From: a bacterium
Lineage (GTDB): Bacteria > Bdellovibrionota_C > UBA2361 > CALJRW01
Reading direction: 5' to 3'
Length of the DNA stretch: 64,000 bases
Assembly (NCBI GenBank): GCA_031385045.1
Contig: JANNBC010000011.1
Span: 8,210-72,209 of the forward strand
A program made the translations under genes and the position numbers. Within the stretch, counting starts at the first letter, position 1, and every line of letters starts with the position of its first letter. This document shows positions 60,051 through 64,000 of the stretch, one piece after another. The notes under the pieces are model-generated. The model made no database searches, was not told where the DNA came from, and was given only the letters and a program-made list of their open reading frames with translations.

Positions 60051-61160
60051 TTAAATAATTTCGATATTAGTTCGGGGGACTGTAATAACACGCCGATCTT
60101 CCAACTCTAACTCAGCGACACGCACCATGGCACCAGTTTCAATTAGCTCCGGATTTACTGGTAAATTAATAATTTTTCCATTCATTCCAAAGTAAGGATA
60201 GCGGATGACTTTTACTTCTGCTCCAATTTCTAAACCGGTAATCTTTGCTGTCCGCTTATTCTTAAGGGATGTATTGGCAACAATAATTTCAGGCCTCACA
60301 GCACCAGCGCGAATCTGTGTAGCTCCATTAATTGCAGTGGAACTTCCTTCCAATCTACCTAAGATTTCTAAATAGCGATCCGACATGTGTAGATCACCAA
60401 ACCCTTCTGTAATAATTAGGGTAAAAGGTAAAACTTCTCCTCCCGTAATAGGCAAGCCAAGTTCATACCCTAAATATTTTGTTAAAAGCTGATTATCAAT
60501 ACTTCCAAGGATTAGGCCAGCAGCTCCCGATTGTTTAACAGCTTCTAGCGCTTCCCAAGTTGGAAAATTTGGACTGACAAGAATTTTATCTTTAGAATCA
60601 CTGGGAATATCACTAGCTAATAGCTCTAATTCCATTTCGGGATGAAGAATTTTGATTTCACCGAAACGCTCTCCACCAACTCCAAAAATACCTTGCACAA
60701 AAGTTGCTTGGGAGACAATTTCAACTTGTTGTTCTCCAATGATATTTTTTACTGTACCCGCTAAATAGGCTTGAAGCTTTAATTTTTTTGAAGATCCCCG
60801 AATTCCTACATGAGCATTATGTTGACTGATAAATTCAATCTGCCCACTGATTGGCGCCAAAACATTTGTTTCAAATAAACCAAAGAAAGTTTTGTATTGG
60901 AAAATTAATTGGTTTTTTTCTACTTGCTCACCTTCTTTTAAAGTTAAGTTCCGCATCACAAGATCTAAATCTAATCCAGACTGCTCTACTAACTTAACTA
61001 CTAAAAGATCTCCCGGCATTTCTGCTTCAGCAATAATTTGATCTGCTATAACCTGCTGGCCAATCTGAACTAAAATCTTTCCTTTAAGTGGCAATTCACG
61101 GAGTTTTACTAACTCTGTTTTCTCAGCAAGAATTAAACTTGGGACTAAACTACTAGACAC
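60051..61160 (-). CDS. hypothetical protein, last gene of a 4-gene overlapping operon
   Basis: 369 aa. Start overlaps the stop of the GlmL-like gene by 8 bp. The C-terminus has an SH3/KOW-like basic beta segment (GAEVKVIRYPYFGMNGKII). No named domain recognised. Confidence 0.55.
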   Translation of the reverse strand: MSSSLVPSLILAEKTELVKLRELPLKGKILVQIGQQVIADQIIAEAEMPGDLLVVKLVEQSGLDLDLVMRNLTLKEGEQVEKNQLIFQYKTFFGLFETNVLAPISGQIEFISQHNAHVGIRGSSKKLKLQAYLAGTVKNIIGEQQVEIVSQATFVQGIFGVGGERFGEIKILHPEMELELLASDIPSDSKDKILVSPNFPTWEALEAVKQSGAAGLILGSIDNQLLTKYLGYELGLPITGGEVLPFTLIITEGFGDLHMSDRYLEILGRLEGSSTAINGATQIRAGAVRPEIIVANTSLKNKRTAKITGLEIGAEVKVIRYPYFGMNGKIINLPVNPELIETGAMVRVAELELEDRRVITVPRTNIEII

Positions 61161-62904
61161 TTAGCAACCTCCCATCTAAGATTAAACCTGATTCTCCAGC
61201 TACGATGTTCACATCCAGCATTTCTCCATAACCTGCGCCGACATCGATTAATTTATTATTAGGAATTACAGTCAGTCGATAGCTATCCCCTTTACCCAAG
61301 GGAACAACCTTCACTTCTCCTTTAACAATCTGAATCGGATGGCGATCGTTAATTTGGATACTAGCTAAATTTAGCCCTAAACCCTTCTGATGCTTAGCAA
61401 CTGGCGTGATACTATGAGCGACATGCACCAAGCAGTCATTTAAAAAAATCTCTTCCGCCGCGGCTGGCGCAACTTCAGCAAAGACACCGAGATGTGGCAA
61501 CATAAAGATTGAGTCTACCGTAATTTTTGTAAGCCCCTTTAGAGCAAAACCATCCTGCATCATCATTGCCGCTTGCATCCGATCAGGAGCATGACTAATT
61601 ACACCACCAGAACCAATTACTAAATCTAATGCCATCATATCTACTAACTCAATCTTAGAGGAACGTTGATTGAAAATATTGGCAATTCCTTTTTTTTGAA
61701 CCTGCTGATTAACTCCAATCGCTAAGTGTTTATGATGCAATAAAGATAAGCGCAAAGCCTCACGACAGATAGCTTGCTCCAGAAATAAATCATCTTGAGC
61801 CTGTGGGATGGAGGTAGGGCGAATCATTTTATTACGGATGCGGTTAATTACTTCATCGGGATCTTGAACCTTATCTAACCACCGCATAATATTCTTAAGC
61901 CCTGCTTCTTTTAGGACATTGGCAACCGAGTAACTCATTCCCAAATTAGCTGAGACAGTACGATTAAAAACATATTCTCCTTGGCTTAGAAAAACACTAA
62001 AGACATCCGTTGTAGCTCCACCAATATCTACTGCTAAAATATTTTGATTACTCCTCTCGGCATAGGTCTTAATAATCTTACCTACAGCAGAGGGTGTCGG
62101 CAGAATTGGTTCGGGTGTCCAAGTAAGCAAACGATCATATCCAGGAGAATGACTCATGACATGAGTTAAAAAAAGTTCATGCACGGCTTCTCTAGTTGGG
62201 ATTAAATTCTCATCTAAATAGCTTGGGCGAAGGTTTTCAACCGCAGTAAAGCTAGCAAGTGGTTGTAGAATTTTTTGAACGTCAGGAAGAGCTACTTTAT
62301 TACCAGCATAAATCACTGGCAATTTTAATGTTTTACCAAAACGAGGAGTTGGCGCTGCTGCTAGTAAAATCTCAGCAAGCTCGATTACCTGATCCACTGC
62401 TCCAGATTCAAATCCTCCGGCCAGTAAAAAGATATCCGGTTTTAAATGGCGGATCTGATTAATCTTTTCATAATCTTCTAAGTGATCATCAAAGGAAATA
62501 GTTCCCAGCACAATAGCACCGGCACCAAGAGCGGCTCTAGCTGCGGAACTAGCACTTAAGTTACCAACAATTCCAGCAACCAACATTTGTAGTCCACCAC
62601 CAGCAGAGCTTGTTGATAAATAAAGATCTATACCTTGAGTTGGATCTTTACTATCTAAAACAAAAGGCTGCTCATTTAACTTAATTGTTTTCTTTAAAAA
62701 TAGTCGCCCGCTAACTTCCTCTAATTCACGAAAAGCATTTAGGGCACCAACAGTTACATCAGCAATCGGATTTTCAACAGTTGTTGGAGCTTCCCCACGA
62801 AATGTTAATTGCCAACGACTTTGCTTCCGCTCAAAGAGCAAAGCTTTAGTGGTCGTTGATCCACAATCAGTAACTAAAACAGTTTGTAAACGACGATCAC
62901 CCAT
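61153..62904 (-). CDS. GlmL/MutL-family actin-like (ASKHA) ATPase (not the mismatch-repair MutL)
   Basis: 583 aa. Two phosphate-binding motifs of the GlmL (glutamate mutase L, PF13941-like) type: VLVTDCGSTTTKALLF near the N-terminus and ILAVDIGGATTDVFSVF in the second half. Confidence 0.55.
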   Translation of the reverse strand: MGDRRLQTVLVTDCGSTTTKALLFERKQSRWQLTFRGEAPTTVENPIADVTVGALNAFRELEEVSGRLFLKKTIKLNEQPFVLDSKDPTQGIDLYLSTSSAGGGLQMLVAGIVGNLSASSAARAALGAGAIVLGTISFDDHLEDYEKINQIRHLKPDIFLLAGGFESGAVDQVIELAEILLAAAPTPRFGKTLKLPVIYAGNKVALPDVQKILQPLASFTAVENLRPSYLDENLIPTREAVHELFLTHVMSHSPGYDRLLTWTPEPILPTPSAVGKIIKTYAERSNQNILAVDIGGATTDVFSVFLSQGEYVFNRTVSANLGMSYSVANVLKEAGLKNIMRWLDKVQDPDEVINRIRNKMIRPTSIPQAQDDLFLEQAICREALRLSLLHHKHLAIGVNQQVQKKGIANIFNQRSSKIELVDMMALDLVIGSGGVISHAPDRMQAAMMMQDGFALKGLTKITVDSIFMLPHLGVFAEVAPAAAEEIFLNDCLVHVAHSITPVAKHQKGLGLNLASIQINDRHPIQIVKGEVKVVPLGKGDSYRLTVIPNNKLIDVGAGYGEMLDVNIVAGESGLILDGRLLSV

Positions 62905-62907
62905 AAC

Positions 62908-63606
62908 TTAAACACTTATCCCTAAAACTCTTAGGAAATCAAAAATCAAGAATTGAATCCGCTCGACCAATAATGCCATCCGCGCCATGACAGTAGAACC
63001 AAAGAAGGCTCCAAAACAAACCATTAACAATACTCGCCCCGACTGATTAAATTTACGGGCAACAAGGGTTTGTTGCTTATTAGAAAAGAGAAAATAAAAT
63101 AGGACAGCAATAAAAGTATAAACAAAAACAATATTACTAAAGCTTGCTAACCAATCAATTTGATCATTTACCTTAACAACTAAAGGCTTAAAACTCCCGG
63201 CAATCTGTGGCAAATACTGATTAAAAAAGCCTTTAAAGGCAAGACCACCACTAGCTCCTAAAGTAAAGCCAATTACTAGTTTGGCAAGCCAGTTAAATCT
63301 TTTGCTATAAATAAAATAATACAAAAGCCCAAAGGCTGCTGGTAATAAATACCAAAAGTATAAGTAATTATGCTCCTTAGAAACTGTACCATCAGGAAAA
63401 GTATAAATATCTAAACCAAAGATAGGAACAATCACTTCCGGATAAAGAAAGTTCTTAACTGTAAAAAGCAACCCAAAGGCTGCTGAAATTCCAATAAATA
63501 AATGCTCAAAGAAGCGATAAAAGGAATTTTCTTTATACAAGAAACTAAAGATAGCTAATGTGCTAACTCCTCCAGTAATAATGGTTAAACTTTCCCAGTT
63601 AAACAT
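62908..63606 (-). CDS. polytopic membrane protein
   Basis: 232 aa with about 6 hydrophobic helices. 3-bp spacing to the downstream GlmL-like gene. Confidence 0.5.
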   Translation of the reverse strand: MFNWESLTIITGGVSTLAIFSFLYKENSFYRFFEHLFIGISAAFGLLFTVKNFLYPEVIVPIFGLDIYTFPDGTVSKEHNYLYFWYLLPAAFGLLYYFIYSKRFNWLAKLVIGFTLGASGGLAFKGFFNQYLPQIAGSFKPLVVKVNDQIDWLASFSNIVFVYTFIAVLFYFLFSNKQQTLVARKFNQSGRVLLMVCFGAFFGSTVMARMALLVERIQFLIFDFLRVLGISV

Positions 63607-63931
63607 TTCGCTTCCGCTTCACAAAATAAACAATATTACCAATAATAATTAAAACAATAATTAGTAACTGAGCAACACCTAAGCCAGTATTAACCAAAAG
63701 CGCCGTATCGGGCTCCCGATTAGGAAAATTTTGGTTAAGTAAATGTGAATACCAAGCAGCACCAGCAATACCCTCAAACAAGCCATCTAGCTGCTTCGAA
63801 TCTAAATAGATATAAGCCTCAGGTATGGTAATTGAAGTACAACCATGAATAAATAATGGTCGATGAGTTTTACTACTAAAAAAACCTAAATAACGATCAA
63901 AGACTCCTACTAAACCTGTAAAATGGCCCAA
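63599..63931 (-). CDS. small membrane protein
   Basis: 110 aa with a C-terminal transmembrane helix (VAQLLIIVLIIIGNIVYFV). Overlaps the next gene by 8 bp. The operon may continue beyond the window end. Confidence 0.45.
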   Translation of the reverse strand: MGHFTGLVGVFDRYLGFFSSKTHRPLFIHGCTSITIPEAYIYLDSKQLDGLFEGIAGAAWYSHLLNQNFPNREPDTALLVNTGLGVAQLLIIVLIIIGNIVYFVKRKRNV

Positions 63932-64000
63932 TAGTTTAATTTGATTAAAATCCTTAAAGTCTTTTAAGAAAGCAAAATTGTTTAAGGCGGTGCCATTAAC

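Noticed and set aside
61153-62904. Annotation as DNA mismatch repair MutL
   Set aside because: There is no GHKL ATPase motif set. The motifs are ASKHA/actin-like of the glutamate-mutase-L type. The shared MutL name is historical.

Overview
This 64 kb window is AT-rich (mid-30s % GC by eye, not computed), densely coding, and looks like a chromosomal segment of a low-GC Gram-negative bacterium. Gram-negative status rests on a TonB-type protein with the SxxxH transmembrane motif, lipoproteins, MinCDE, LepB and F-type T4SS relics. I cannot assign the taxon from sequence alone.

Most of the window is housekeeping:
- uvrC-uvrB
- a Leu/Phe/Val-type amino-acid dehydrogenase
- a complete glycine-cleavage and one-carbon cluster (gcvP-gcvH-ald on the minus strand, divergent from folD-gcvT)
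- minCDE and pgpA
- an RNB-family exoribonuclease
- a polA - ECF sigma - anti-sigma - secreted-protein operon
- a periplasmic amino-acid binding protein, lepB and an OmpR-type regulator
- rplU-rpmA-obg-rsfS
- a DUF374 protein / acyl-CoA desaturase pair, a secreted GH5 hydrolase, Sua5/TsaC and an RmlC-like cupin

One RNA gene is clear: an initiator tRNA-fMet (CAU) on the minus strand, followed directly by a 47-nt perfect hairpin.

Accessory or unusual content:
1. A zeta-toxin-like P-loop kinase plus a small ORF at the tRNA 3-prime flank.
2. A TonB-like protein followed by a five-gene block of signal-peptide proteins and a 1129-aa polytopic membrane protein. I interpret these as a relic of the F-type T4SS mating-pair-stabilisation module (TraF-like, possible TraH-like, TraG-like). 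Next to it is a VapBC toxin-antitoxin pair with a palindromic operator.
3. Three paralogous DUF4143 AAA+ ATPases, two of them in tandem.
4. Two tandem, clearly homologous giant proteins (1178 and 1257 aa) with no recognisable domains, plus a 627-aa neighbour. This is the best candidate for something undescribed, for example secreted effectors.
5. A candidate structured sRNA in the minC/pgpA divergent spacer.
6. A second 47-nt perfect hairpin between ald and folD.
7. A tightly overlapping 4-gene operon built around a GlmL/MutL-family actin-like ATPase plus two membrane proteins.

I saw no CRISPR array, rRNA, transposase or integrase.
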